Source: an archaeon
Lineage (GTDB): Archaea; Nanobdellota; Nanobdellia; Pacearchaeales; GW2011-AR1
Reading direction: 5' to 3'
Length of the DNA: 64,000 nucleotides
Assembly (NCBI GenBank): GCA_030636025.1
Contig: DAOVXQ010000005.1
Span: forward strand, 12,700-76,699
This document shows, piece by piece, positions 36,701 through 41,984 of the stretch (positions are counted from its first letter, which is position 1; each line of letters starts with the position of its first letter). Position numbers and translations under genes: made by a program. The notes under the pieces were generated by a model that saw only the letters and a program-made list of their open reading frames with translations, was not told the origin of the DNA and searched no databases.

Positions 36701-37328
36701 CCACACTCAAATTACTTTCTTCAATATTTGTTTTATTTTTAACACTAATTATTTTCAGCCACTTAACAGGCCGATTAATAACAGCCCTATATTGCTTAAC
36801 AGAAATATTAACATCTGCTTCACTAACAATATCTTGCTCAAGACCCTCGCTGATATTCACCTCTGTCAAATTCTCCTCTGTCAAATTCGCAACAACATCT
36901 GTAACATTAGTTAAAGTATCATTTATTTCTTCAAGCTCTCCAGTTTCATTAATAATTTCTGTAACCTTTGTATCATTCACATCTGTCAAATTTGTTTGCT
37001 CTGTTTCATCAATAATTTCTTCTGTTAAATTTTGCTTGCCTCCAGCAGGAGGTACACCTGAGGGTGCTTGTTTTTCTTTATCTTTCTTCTCTTCTTTTTC
37101 TTCTTCAACTTCTTCAACTTCTTCAGCAGGGGCTTCAACAACAAACCCTACAATCTTCGCCAGAGAATTATATGTCCCTGTTGCAACACCATAAATCACA
37201 TTCCCAGAAATACCTAATTTCGAATCACCAGAATCCCCCATAAAACTAATTAAATAAAAAACTGAAAAAACCAATACTAAAATCAAAATTGCAAATACAG
37301 CAAACTTAAACTTCCCTGATTTACCCAT
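24741..37328 (-). CDS. giant (4195-codon) surface protein with seven LamG_3/concanavalin-A-like lectin modules and two intein-like insertions
   Basis: N-terminal signal anchor FKFAVFAILILVLVFSVF and poly-Glu/Asp tracts. Seven modules each have FDG.GDYVD...W..V and end in FNG[ST]ID[ED]V[MV]IFN.SL[ST]..[EQ]I..[LI]Y. C-terminal beta-sandwich repeats, a TM and KKYKKAKR follow. One uninterrupted frame. Confidence 0.85.
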   Translation of the reverse strand: MGKSGKFKFAVFAILILVLVFSVFYLISFMGDSGDSKLGISGNVIYGVATGTYNSLAKIVGFVVEAPAEEVEEVEEEKEEKKDKEKQAPSGVPPAGGKQNLTEEIIDETEQTNLTDVNDTKVTEIINETGELEEINDTLTNVTDVVANLTEENLTEVNISEGLEQDIVSEADVNISVKQYRAVINRPVKWLKIISVKNKTNIEESNLSVEIPKQSENITVKTGEEVQEALQDVEEYGDLIESVGREDLVSEIDETALISSITGNIIKGSSMNSITGNVALDISNRKNVFAKFWGFVKSITITGHVIEESELDEEIIETEDSKVIDVGEIINQTGSEDVAIEYYTEAPIANETNVSAGTKRIIVSADDDLNYSEILAYTLLDKPVPMGELGNLKLYWYASVEDAVKYGYVNVTNASVLNISEINLTEIDEINVTEEAPSGVAPTGGIINETDDEIEMEEEDEDVEEDEVELVNDSEAVNESEEVNEIEIGIVGGGVEEVAPSGVPSAEGKEIEEEVEEQEIEEEIEEEVEEQEVEEVEVEEEEQEDVEEEIEIGITGSIIKSIRNAVRITGRITGNIIKGVVGVTAKVIGVDFGEDDIEINKSEDKDKDKDKDKKDKDNDGELILLDNQTTTNQTQIPANQSDDSSAQPNNLSDIEDDIGEQNASLFNETTIQQQVNDLLNITKTPTPEGIKIEVNYTGYDFDGDGYVDYIEWVVPHLSVQTYEITVLGDESVLSTGNITIENNTYSHLTVDDGDSDDVYLEFDGDGDYVETSETETYNFNGSTVTVSMWVNPNDLGDIPGLWSIEDLTGGNEYMKAQSSSTNMDGFIYDGVDLPQWDINLLTNLQIGVWDHLVWVISFNSSSNWNVTGYQNGIFAGSDAGNEVISFTGDFAVLIGKNNNMDANSSIDSVRIYNTSLNQANITEIYNSGRGANSSLVSDGLVGLWEFDEGAGTNATDSSGEGNDGTLNGDTKYNSWGLGDNLVLYMPSDVNDTESNITYDFSKEDNDGTVTGNPVWSSGAGVFGGAYEFDGDGDYVDCGTSLQMNTSDYTLGAWIKTNSTSVMNIVGWHDSYPITYISLANGDLSSRIGYNSTLNTATTYASSLDDGNWHLVIVTFDRGGNMLKYIDGIWVQNTDISSNNGFDLSSTKLTIASHGAGAGGNYFNGSIDEVMIFNTSLTAQQVKGLYENSSARFRDAGVQTLKFQNITAGQDNIELSATYQSNEGSNLSARAGYWDVSLGYNESDFVGEDSLVGYWHFDESNLSNGSTLEDFSGHCYDNETEILSLVEVDCGDEWDYTLSGHTLKGITHRSQARTCNAGENLQAGVEYCEEDEEEKEDLVGLVVMNKVFKDDFISFNFEYEDKTSNLDSFVVTQSMPEIFEMLNSSFITGNNLSDFFIYNNGEIFVFSRDFIDSVPQFIRKLEFESHFNPDNLSNSSKVISECGPFSISFNSLTKDSFSSNSSIGYQSILSQNSWSPSDKVLVLENLSEIFCFINLTTALTKNSESNFCLGLISSAILTDNNENEDYLSFSVDDKNKKCYKEEWKLFADLKDDERVMTLNDETGEGEWQLPSERQVFDNFGEMYKIVLDDGRELVVSEEHRVYSSSSNSSIRSAVVNTSISDCSLKCLSLDQIEQLNLSAVAKYCMSSGSGQIESDCLRNDSISGLDINDSLFLKIKSTLESSCSERCVFDNISDLYFSNSINKNSGAISSSLSERNNSAVFEFLISAENKMLASTTSCIYCSEDALNFLDNSLFSFLPNSNASSSVKSLSLVNSCNTFNCDAFRSIACLATADQFMICNSSIVFFNSSGTDNVSVGILLDLFNVFNTHNTGNALFKSFDSKDLSDFSLEQVTETYSRFENGDDVYFLTPRQVPSEEGNSENDEVRVKSITRENYSGKIYDVDVGNDIVLVRKGDVEGVWSGNSNNGTVYSNASGGGDRDISNANGVYSRGGDFDGDGDWVDVGNDESLNLTDGMTLLVWLKYTNTGLGSNAYIITKNEFGGSGSNRAYILHADSYGKFSLIIHNSSGTSFIIAHDENYHDGNWHHVVGTWEPDNLVLYVDGILVNSTITIGGFATSTNSVRIGGWDGTYRPFNGSIDEVMIFNRSLSEDEIKQLYTSGRAKWAYSDYSLFDGSGSDEVNLTIGTDATHILPEFKFDVGTYDFYSPILEASSLNPMTLNVSEVTAPTLTVNSPNNDSNWNTNDVVFNASATDSNNVSVFNDYGLVSWWRMDDANSSTVFDYMGRNNGSVEGNAVQTDAGKMGKGFEFDGAGDWVDCGNGERLNITDAITISAWVYPIGPVGDMYYIVGKKLNGYPNTIQYGLQIDYTTIDFILGNSSTTFIQADSSTTISHNVWHNIIGTWDKNGDTLLHIYIDGSEASYDFQANRSIDIFTTTANLLIGMKDLGLNRDFNGTIDDVMIFNRSLSAEEIQGLYANTSSQYLNTSINIPEGTNDVTFYSQDVGGNVASQTSYNVSVDVTLPTLTVNSPLNASYNSSSVLINVSSSESGSGFIVPNLDSSLVSWWRMDDVNGSGDVVDYMHCYDDETKILTDEGWKLFSELEDDEMVMTLNSETGEAEYQEPFEKQIYDYRGEMYKIETSEGDLVVSPEHKVYSSKKSLSSDVVNTSIIDCSLKCESSDQSGQFSFSDNAKYCLSSGSDNNEFAQFNCCGETLIFKLTNFDNISFILSNLSSEILSNSQSSLECSSNSSKINLCEYKSNECLCDNFLVNEPFFNSENAMLASMTSFIYLPLDSFANLSLTSLANFKQSSSVNLLSFVSSSSSSNNSAFSSCLITSCLASSDQFTQDSSFISSLTSLGTEKVTDAIYSLLPSNLFNCSTFEDIILLNISDHLILGCLSILDFNSSEIDNVTVAIFNPLGDSVCEHNYVETYKSFGSKDLSDFSLEQVTETYSRFEQGEALNGHDSAEPDVYFLNENNEPVRVLGIEKVDYSGKIYDVDVGNDIVLVSRGPRRDDPAGPWFGVWSGNSNNGSVEGDAKQVDNGKMGKGFEFDGVGDYVDCGNDDSLNITGSISVTAWIKADSIPTWTAGGSFLNDHCSNTGFYMMVTSGDALFVVSNGTSVNVVQTSIQTGQWYHIVGTYNSTTHKIYLDGSEIQSESFGGGLVSCTSQIFAIGSDNDGGTIYPFNGSIDEVMIFNKSLTSDEILAIYNATKLEFSEAGLTEGSHTFDVYTSDTAGNVVSEFKSFEVDVTNPSLTVNSPNNDSNWNTNDVVFNASATDSNNVSVFNDYGLVSWWRMDDANSSTVFDYMGRNNGSVEGDAVQVDNGKMGKGFEFDGAGDYVDCGNITYGFSNGFTVLAWIKTPDLVETRSIVGIDDASTERIIQFRIGNTGAFRLIRFDGANNILANFVTTKIIDDNSWHHVVATFDTSDGSKLYVDGIVNATDSNTTANNDGGEKTFIGARDSTSIVDYFNGTIDDVMIFNRSLSAEEIQGLYANTSSQYLNTSVSILEGTRDVTFYSQDIAGNIKANEVNSVTVDTGVPGVEFGGGTNANASTIARDNIFVNVSASDSLTNVSTFIDFDNSLVSWWRMDDLNSSGGVVDYMGRNNGSVEGDAVQTDAGKMGKGFEFDGDGDYVDCGNNLFNNNSVSSGTVSAWVKSDNLPSASANMQFIFDNEGQQISLAYWDGSKSVFRAHLYDGSAHYVTGTTSLSLGAWYHYVEIWNGTTIRMFVNGVEEGTPASSNSPNVESVNRGVMIGVNWVKNNYYWNGTIDDVVIFNRSLSAEEIQGLYANQTSKYFDVNFTSLEIGNHTFTSYTQDSAGNVNATAERSVGIVNVSSGDFSGDTTDFSEEDDLGNISSLTIDSPNYGLINFSESVDLSGGADINEYVNVSQNRIEINSSGLPALNKSARLSLYNLTYTNPRVLKDGSVCSDCTEVSYSGGTFIFDVTEFSIYSAGETPVTTTDTTSGGSSGGGGGGVAVPIVGADFSLDTENFKIRSVVGDLKSREFTIENTGEVNLNARVSVSGQEIETENGDAKSFDKVIVLDKESFSLDVGAKEKAGFKIIAPETLGVYTGKIIVRAGGITKEILITINTQSKETLFDISSTLMEEDIRPGDKIRTQMYLLPVGEKGVDVTIKYLIKDFKGKVYYEESSTFYVDEEMSFLKEFDSDKLPLGDYVLAAEMVYIGGFASASSQFEVMPSGHFLIGLNKTTIAFIIIGLVILIFIIVLVKLIKIKKYKKAKR
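27436..27702. repeat. intragenic near-identical ~265-bp repeat (copy 1)
   Basis: Aligns with only a few mismatches to 30502-30768. Encodes ...TVNSPNNDSNWNTNDVVFNASATDSNNVSVFNDYGLVSWWRMDDANSSTVFDYMGRNNGSVEG... Confidence 0.8.
28723..28866 (+). CDS. small RHH-type antitoxin-like ORF (47 aa) inside intein 2, antisense to host
   Basis: Below the track cutoff. MATVTLSISEELKSKMDKHPKIKWSEIFRRMISSKVEQLKRLEGSKL. Its N-terminus is homologous to the next ORF. Stop TAA 28864-28866 is immediately followed by ATG 28867. Confidence 0.45.
   Translation: MATVTLSISEELKSKMDKHPKIKWSEIFRRMISSKVEQLKRLEGSKL
28867..29100 (+). CDS. vapB: VapB-like RHH antitoxin inside intein 2, antisense to host
   Basis: MASVTFSVPNEVKLEMKELSWVNWSELARQEV... 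Homolog of 31882-32115. Its TAA is directly followed by the ATG of the PIN gene. Confidence 0.6.
   Translation: MASVTFSVPNEVKLEMKELSWVNWSELARQEVIKQDEKAELFEELEELTKDSKLTDEDCLKFAKLVKERFAKESRGR
29101..29505 (+). CDS. vapC: PIN-domain (VapC-like) toxin inside intein 2, antisense to host
   Basis: MKLVIDANIAFSLL..., ...FILEELEEH..., ...LSDPDDKQYLALSLKLNCPLWSEDSHF... supply the conserved acidic residues of a PIN fold. Its stop lies next to the codons for Hint block B on the other strand. Confidence 0.7.
   Translation: MKLVIDANIAFSLLKKGSFTRKLSHKHSLDLYSHKFILEELEEHSNELCELLKISEDKFERIKEILSKLVNLKIKVSPQQLNWANSLLSDPDDKQYLALSLKLNCPLWSEDSHFKEQSIIEVFTTSELKDFLEE
30502..30768. repeat. intragenic near-identical ~265-bp repeat (copy 2)
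   Basis: See 27436-27702. Confidence 0.8.
31882..32115 (+). CDS. vapB: VapB-like RHH antitoxin inside intein 1, antisense to host
   Basis: MPTLTLSVPEELKKTMDELQIINWSAVARQAIERK... Its TAA is directly followed by ATG 32116. Confidence 0.6.
   Translation: MPTLTLSVPEELKKTMDELQIINWSAVARQAIERKASQLKVLQEFTKDSDFTEEDALELGRKLNKELSKKFKASSEQ
32116..32529 (+). CDS. vapC: PIN-domain (VapC-like) toxin inside intein 1, antisense to host
   Basis: MQLVVDANILFSALIK..., ...CPDPDDIQYLATALKFNCSIWSNDKHFKEQSEIEVFTT. Roughly 40-45% identical to 29101-29505. Confidence 0.7.
   Translation: MQLVVDANILFSALIKNSKTAELFLSDKLELIAPEFLLIEFEKYKSLILSKTHRSEQELSNVLLIFKNKLSLISKPEIESFLKQSDSICPDPDDIQYLATALKFNCSIWSNDKHFKEQSEIEVFTTADLIELFELEE
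32785..33057 (+). CDS. antitoxin-like partner of the embedded RelE/ParE-like toxin
   Basis: 90 aa. Acidic C-terminus ...LKESFVRELKEIEKGPHSEMTLDELDKL. Overlaps the toxin start by 4 nt (atga). Confidence 0.45.
   Translation: MAELINPKQKFDSEFLVKAVVKLMKQNISERFSKTSTLSEGDQEFCDKIDWYPIDELELKESFVRELKEIEKGPHSEMTLDELDKLSGLK
33054..33320 (+). CDS. RelE/ParE-family toxin inside intein 1, codon-for-codon antisense to host
   Basis: MTFKFELSDKLRNTINKISRKDKNL...FKNLRHGLSDYKRVQIGSFVLIFKVKRDKIIFENFVHHDQAY has the RelE/YafQ-like layout. All 6 Leu are CTT/CTC/TTG and all 6 Ser are TCT/TCC/TCG/AGT. Confidence 0.6.
   Translation: MTFKFELSDKLRNTINKISRKDKNLSIIINKKIRQIISCDETAIQHFKNLRHGLSDYKRVQIGSFVLIFKVKRDKIIFENFVHHDQAY
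33366..33451. repeat. GC-enriched tandem repeats just downstream of the embedded RelE-like gene
   Basis: ttgcaggttctcgc occurs twice, 19 bp apart (33366 and 33385). Three ~15-bp units follow: gggttatgccct / gggtatgccct / gggtataatccc. Confidence 0.7.
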
Positions 37329-37500
37329 TTTTTACACCTATTTTATCTCTCACCACAGCTTTAATATCTTTATTATCCTGCATAATACCCTTCATAATTA
37401 ATTCAACTTTTTTAGAAAGCATAATCGCGTTTTTCTCGCAAAATTTCTGGAAATCCGAATAGATTTTAAAGTCAATACTGAGAGTTACCTTTTTTTTCAT
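37321..37500 (-). CDS. small RHH/CopG-like protein (59 aa) translationally coupled to the giant gene
   Basis: Below the track cutoff. MKKKVTLSIDFKIYSDFQKFCEKNAIMLSKKVELIMKGIMQDNKDIKAVVRDKIGVKNG. Its TAA overlaps the giant-gene ATG (aATGGGTAA). Confidence 0.5.
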   Translation of the reverse strand: MKKKVTLSIDFKIYSDFQKFCEKNAIMLSKKVELIMKGIMQDNKDIKAVVRDKIGVKNG

Positions 37501-37521
37501 AAATACCTTAAAAAAAGAGAT

Positions 37522-37531
37522 TATTTAAATA
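37522..37531 (-). promoter_or_regulatory. TATA-box-like element upstream of the RHH/giant-gene operon
   Basis: tatttaaata lies 22-31 nt upstream of ATG 37500, which fits the spacing for a short-leader archaeal promoter. Confidence 0.3.
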
Positions 37532-37598
37532 CTTCTAAATAAATCTTTATAAATCCTCATAAATCCCCCTACACCCCCATATTCCCCCATACTTACCT

Positions 37599-37616
37599 AT
37601 ACTTCCATAGAAGTAT
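37599..37616 (-). terminator. hairpin downstream of the DUF2283 gene
   Basis: atacttc-cata-gaagtat, a 7-bp perfect stem. Confidence 0.25.
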
Positions 37617-37646
37617 AAATTAAACCCTTATTTGAATAATTCGAAA

Positions 37647-37853
37647 TCAAACAACTTCTATAACTTTCTTAGCATCACCTAAAAAGACTTTGCTCGCCTT
37701 TAAAATTTCAATAGCTTTTATTTTTCCGTTTTTATCCAAATCAATAACCACACCATTAGGTAATTCTATACTCTTCCAATATTCTCCGCTATTTATTTCT
37801 ATATTCAATATATCTTCTTCCTTATCATACCATTCTACCATTTTATTAATCAA
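37647..37853 (-). CDS. DUF2283-type antitoxin-like protein
   Basis: WYDKEEDILNIEINSGEYWKSIELPNGVVIDLDKNGKIKAIEILKAS matches yD.e.D.lyi...vi.D.d..G.i.GIEil.AS. Confidence 0.65.
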   Translation of the reverse strand: MINKMVEWYDKEEDILNIEINSGEYWKSIELPNGVVIDLDKNGKIKAIEILKASKVFLGDAKKVIEVV

Positions 37854-38076
37854 GCCAAAAAGCAGTTATTATTTTTATTTTTGATTTTTCTTTTCTGTAT
37901 ACAATTTTTAATATCCTCCCTAAAGGCGGAATTCTGCAAATAGCATTAAGTGCATCTTCCCAATGCTTGTCTTTTAATGCATTAGAGTTTTGGATAGCAT
38001 ATTCAAAACAATCATCTGTAATATCTTTCCTATATTTCCTTTTCCTTTCCCAATGCTCTGAATAAGTAAATTCCAT
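37846..38076 (-). CDS. DUF4258-like toxin-like protein
   Basis: 76 aa. HWERKRKYRKDIT...GRILKIVYRKEKSKIKIITAFW. Overlaps the DUF2283 gene by 8 nt. Confidence 0.5.
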   Translation of the reverse strand: MEFTYSEHWERKRKYRKDITDDCFEYAIQNSNALKDKHWEDALNAICRIPPLGRILKIVYRKEKSKIKIITAFWLD

Positions 38077-38213
38077 TCACTATATAAGATTTTCGCTGTT
38101 TAAAAATAATTTATTTATCCAAAGAGCAAGGCAGACAATTAAGGGATTGAACTTCTTATCAAAACTCAAATCAATAACATTAAAATTATAAATCCCTGCT
38201 TCTTAAAACTAAA

Positions 38214-39782
38214 ATGCCTCACAAAACTCTTTCAGCAATAAAACCAAGAAAATACCAGCAGGACATTTATGAAAATTGCAAAGATAAAAACTGCCTTGTA
38301 ATCCTCCCGACAGGAATAGGAAAAACACTTATCGCATTAATGTTATCTATCTACACTCAAAAAAAACACCCAAATACAAAAACACTTTTCCTTGCACCCA
38401 CAAGGCCCTTAGCCGAACAGCACTTAAAATATTTTCAAAAATACCTTCCAGAATTATTTGCAGAATTAACTTTATTCACAGGAAAAATTAATGCAAAAAA
38501 AAGAAAAGAACTCTGGGAAAGAACAGACATAATTTTCTCAACACCGCAATGTATTGGAAATGATTTAAAAAAAAATCTTTATGATTTATCCAATGTATCT
38601 TTTTTAGTTGAAGACGAATGCCACAGGTGCCTCAAAAATTATGCCTACACTTTTGTTGCAGAAAAATATAAGGAACAGGCAGATAATCCTCAAATTTTAG
38701 GGCTTACTGCATCTCCGGGAACAGATACTAAAACAATAAAACAAATTGCGCAAAATCTCGGAATTGAAACAATTGAATTAAGAACAAGAGACAGCGACGA
38801 TGTTAAAGAATATCTTCAAGAAGTAAAATTTGACATAATCAAATTAGAATTCCCAAAAGAGTTTAAAGAAATAAATGACTTAATTAAAACAATCTACAAA
38901 AGAAAAGTTGAAGAATTAAAAAACAGGAAAGTCCTTTTCAGACCTGCAAATAAAATCTCGCTTTTAGAAGTTCAGGGACGGTTAATGAAATCAATTTCTT
39001 CAGGAAATAAAAACTTTAATGCTTTCGCAGCAGTAACTGCCTGCACACAGGCAATAAAACTCTCTCACCTAATAGAACTTTTAGAAACCCAAACACTCCA
39101 CACAGCCAATAATTACATCAAAACAATATTTGAACAAGCAAGAGAAAACAAATCAAAAGCCGTCAAGCAAATCATAAAAAGACCAGAATTCAATCAGGCA
39201 TATATCAAACTAACAGAACTAATCTCAAAAAATATAGAGCATCCAAAACTTCTTCAGCTTATAGATTTAATAGAAGAATCAATAAAACAAAACCCAAAAA
39301 ACAAAACAATTATTTTTTCTCAATACAGAGACAGCGTGATAAAAATTTGCAAGGAACTTAACAAAATTCCAAACATAAATGCAAAGGTTTTTGTTGGGCA
39401 AACAAAAAAAGCAGACTCTGGATTATCTCAAAAAGAACAACAGGAAGTTATAGAAGAATTCAAACAGGGCAAAACAAATATACTTTGTGCAACCTCGATT
39501 GCCGAAGAAGGGTTGGATATTCCAGAAGTTAATTCAATAATTTTCTACGAGCCAATTCCCTCGGCAATTCGTTCAATCCAGCGAAGAGGAAGAACAGCAA
39601 GATTAATGAAGGGAAAAGTCATCATATTAATAACAAAAGAAACCTTGGATGAAGTTTTTTATTATACCTCTATTGCAAAAGAAAAAAGAATGCACAAGGC
39701 AATTGAAAACATAAAGAAAGATTTAGATAACAATAAATCAATAGAACCAAAAAAGAAAAACACTCAGAAAAAATTATTTTAA
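38214..39782 (+). CDS. hef: Hef/FANCM-type SF2 helicase (helicase part only)
   Basis: KPRKYQQDIYEN...LVILPTGIGKTLIAL (motif I), VEDECHRC (DECH box), LGLTASPG, and a C-terminal QRRGRTAR. Confidence 0.8.
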   Translation: MPHKTLSAIKPRKYQQDIYENCKDKNCLVILPTGIGKTLIALMLSIYTQKKHPNTKTLFLAPTRPLAEQHLKYFQKYLPELFAELTLFTGKINAKKRKELWERTDIIFSTPQCIGNDLKKNLYDLSNVSFLVEDECHRCLKNYAYTFVAEKYKEQADNPQILGLTASPGTDTKTIKQIAQNLGIETIELRTRDSDDVKEYLQEVKFDIIKLEFPKEFKEINDLIKTIYKRKVEELKNRKVLFRPANKISLLEVQGRLMKSISSGNKNFNAFAAVTACTQAIKLSHLIELLETQTLHTANNYIKTIFEQARENKSKAVKQIIKRPEFNQAYIKLTELISKNIEHPKLLQLIDLIEESIKQNPKNKTIIFSQYRDSVIKICKELNKIPNINAKVFVGQTKKADSGLSQKEQQEVIEEFKQGKTNILCATSIAEEGLDIPEVNSIIFYEPIPSAIRSIQRRGRTARLMKGKVIILITKETLDEVFYYTSIAKEKRMHKAIENIKKDLDNNKSIEPKKKNTQKKLF

Positions 39783-39918
39783 ACAAAAAATGTTCCACGA
39801 TATTTTCAACAAAAAATAAAGAAAATCAAAGCCAAAGCAAATCGCAAAAATAATCGCAGACATTCATGAAAAAAATTCACTGGTTCTCGCAGAATTAAAA
39901 TCAAACAAGAATATTGAC

Positions 39919-40464
39919 TTGCAAATTAAATCACTAAAAATTGCAGATTATCTTATTGGGGAAACAGCAATTGAAAGAAAAACTGTTCAGGATTTCATTT
40001 CCTCTATGATTAATAAACGCCTCATAGAGCAATTAAAACAACTACAAAAATACAAGCAAAACCTAATCATCGTCGAGGGAATTGACGAACAAGAATTATA
40101 TTCAAAAGAAACAAAACTAAATCCAAATGCAATCCGAGGCTTTATTCTTTCAATATCTCTGAACCACAATATTCCAATAATCATGACTCAAAATTATGAA
40201 GACACGGCCCAATACCTAATCACCCTCGCAAAACAACAATTAAAAAAACCAATCCAACCCTCTTTTCATTCAAGAATTCCAAAAACAATCAAAGAACAAA
40301 AACAATATATTCTGGAATCTTTTCCAAACATTGGACCAATAACTGCAAAAAAACTTCTTGAAAAATTCAAAACAATAAAAAACACAATAAATGCAGAGGA
40401 AGAAGAATTAAAAAAAATTTTAAAAATAAAATCTAAAAATTTTAAAGAACTTTTAGATAATTAA
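39919..40464 (+). CDS. ERCC4/XPF-type nuclease domain plus HhH2 (nuclease part of Hef); true 5' end unclear
   Basis: KIADYLIGETAIERKTVQDF is the ERCC4 motif, with a C-terminal helix-hairpin-helix (FPNIGPITAKKLLEKF). Homology continues upstream of the TTG at 39919 (KIIADIHEKNSLVLAEL...) to an in-frame TAA at 39817. Confidence 0.7.
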   Translation: MQIKSLKIADYLIGETAIERKTVQDFISSMINKRLIEQLKQLQKYKQNLIIVEGIDEQELYSKETKLNPNAIRGFILSISLNHNIPIIMTQNYEDTAQYLITLAKQQLKKPIQPSFHSRIPKTIKEQKQYILESFPNIGPITAKKLLEKFKTIKNTINAEEEELKKILKIKSKNFKELLDN

Positions 40465-40843
40465 CCCTCGCATTCAAATAATCTCCCCAATTATTTAAAG
40501 TATTAGATGCAACATCATAAGAAGATAATTCCTCCTCCCGCCGACCTAAAATAATAAAATTCGGTTGAAAATTTTTCATGTCAATCACCTCTAAAAAACA
40601 TTTATTTTTAAATAATTCTAAATCAATATAATAATGAAGATATTCGACAGTTTCCAGATTCAACCCACAGGCCTTAGCAACATTTCTATAAACCTCGTTA
40701 TAAAATTTATGAACCTGCGGGATTGATTTTGCAGCATTAAAACATTCCTCGACGTAAATATTAACAAATCTTTCTAAAGAAAAATCACTTGGAATTTTTA
40801 ACAGATATTTTTCAATTTCCATCAAAATATAATTTATAATCAA
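40442..40843 (-). CDS. hypothetical protein
   Basis: 133-aa ORF. Confidence 0.4.
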   Translation of the reverse strand: MIINYILMEIEKYLLKIPSDFSLERFVNIYVEECFNAAKSIPQVHKFYNEVYRNVAKACGLNLETVEYLHYYIDLELFKNKCFLEVIDMKNFQPNFIILGRREEELSSYDVASNTLNNWGDYLNARVNYLKVL

Positions 40844-40936
40844 AAACTTATAAATAAAATCACACTAAAAAATAATCATTGCAAAACAACAATTACTTAA
40901 AACCTGTTTAACTTTTTAAATTATATTTTTCAAGTT

Positions 40937-41737
40937 TCAAATCATCTCACCCAATAATCTCGCACCCAGCTTAACAGTCATTTCATTAACATCTTTATCT
41001 GGATTAATTTCAACAATATCTCCTCCCCGAAAATTATCCAGTAACTTCAATCTTTTAATAAAATAAATTAAATCTCTGTCAGATAATCCGCCTGCATCTA
41101 AACAACTAACACCTGGAGCAAAACCCGGACTAACACAATCCATATCAACACTAATATAAAACCCACTCGCTGTCTGCGCCCTTTCCATAACCAAATCGCA
41201 AATATTTTCCACATCCTCTTGAATTACATCCATCTTAATCCACAAAATCCCGTGCGACTTCAAAAACTCAACTTCTTCTTCCAGCAAATTCCTGGCAGAA
41301 ATTAAAATAACATTCCTTGGATTAAATCCTCCTTCAATTAATTTTCTCAACCAATTCCGATTCGTCGCAAATCTCTCATCTTCCTCGCAATCTGCATGAG
41401 CATCAAAAACAATCAACAGAGGATTTTCCTCGACCTTATCAAATGCCTTAACAATCGAATAACTTATGCAACCATCGCCCCCGACAAAAAACACTTTTTC
41501 ATTTTTATAAAAAACCTCCTCGCTGTTTTTATAAATTAAGTTATTTGCCTCTTCTAAATTTTCCAAATCAACATGAATTTCTTCCAGGTTCAATTTATCA
41601 AATTCAATAACTTCCCCATTCTCTTTACTCTTTATTTCCCTCAAAGCTTTCAAAACTTTCACAGGCGCCTTTTCACATCCCTCAGATTTCCCCTCCGAGT
41701 TTGTCAATTTAATTCTAATCAATTGCATAAAACTCAA
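40937..41737 (-). CDS. arginase/agmatinase-family ureohydrolase
   Basis: FFVGGDGCISY, LIVFDAHADC, ISVDMDCVSPGFAPGV and GGDIVEINPD are Mn-binding motifs in canonical order. Confidence 0.75.
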   Translation of the reverse strand: MSFMQLIRIKLTNSEGKSEGCEKAPVKVLKALREIKSKENGEVIEFDKLNLEEIHVDLENLEEANNLIYKNSEEVFYKNEKVFFVGGDGCISYSIVKAFDKVEENPLLIVFDAHADCEEDERFATNRNWLRKLIEGGFNPRNVILISARNLLEEEVEFLKSHGILWIKMDVIQEDVENICDLVMERAQTASGFYISVDMDCVSPGFAPGVSCLDAGGLSDRDLIYFIKRLKLLDNFRGGDIVEINPDKDVNEMTVKLGARLLGEMI

Positions 41738-41796
41738 AACAAAAACTTATTTAAATAGCTTTTTCTTATAAATATTAAGAAAAAGGAGGTAAAACA

Positions 41797-41949
41797 ATGA
41801 AAATCGCAGAAATACTTATAACAATTATTGGTATAGTTTTAATATTGCCTTTAATTGGAGTTGATGCATTAGTAGGAACAATCGCAAACTGGATAATTGC
41901 ACTGGCTGTTCTTGTTATTGGTGTCGGCAGATTAATCGGAAAAATCTAA
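41797..41949 (+). CDS. small membrane protein (50 aa)
   Basis: Below the track cutoff. Strong aaggaggt lies 7 nt upstream of the ATG. Two hydrophobic helices. Confidence 0.45.
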   Translation: MKIAEILITIIGIVLILPLIGVDALVGTIANWIIALAVLVIGVGRLIGKI

Positions 41950-41984
41950 ACTTATTTTTTATTTTTATTTATTTTAGTTACAAA

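Noticed and set aside
24741-37328. Possibility that the giant ORF is an assembly artefact of collapsed or chimeric repeats
   Set aside because: This cannot be excluded without reads. However, the modules are mostly well diverged, the frame is continuous for 12.6 kb, and the N-terminal signal and C-terminal anchor are coherent. It is treated as real, with the caveat that the near-identical 265-bp repeats are the risky spots.
37565-37588. Possible G-quadruplex upstream of the giant-gene operon
   Set aside because: There are only three G5 runs and a canonical intramolecular quadruplex needs four. It is retained only as a possible operator-repeat observation.
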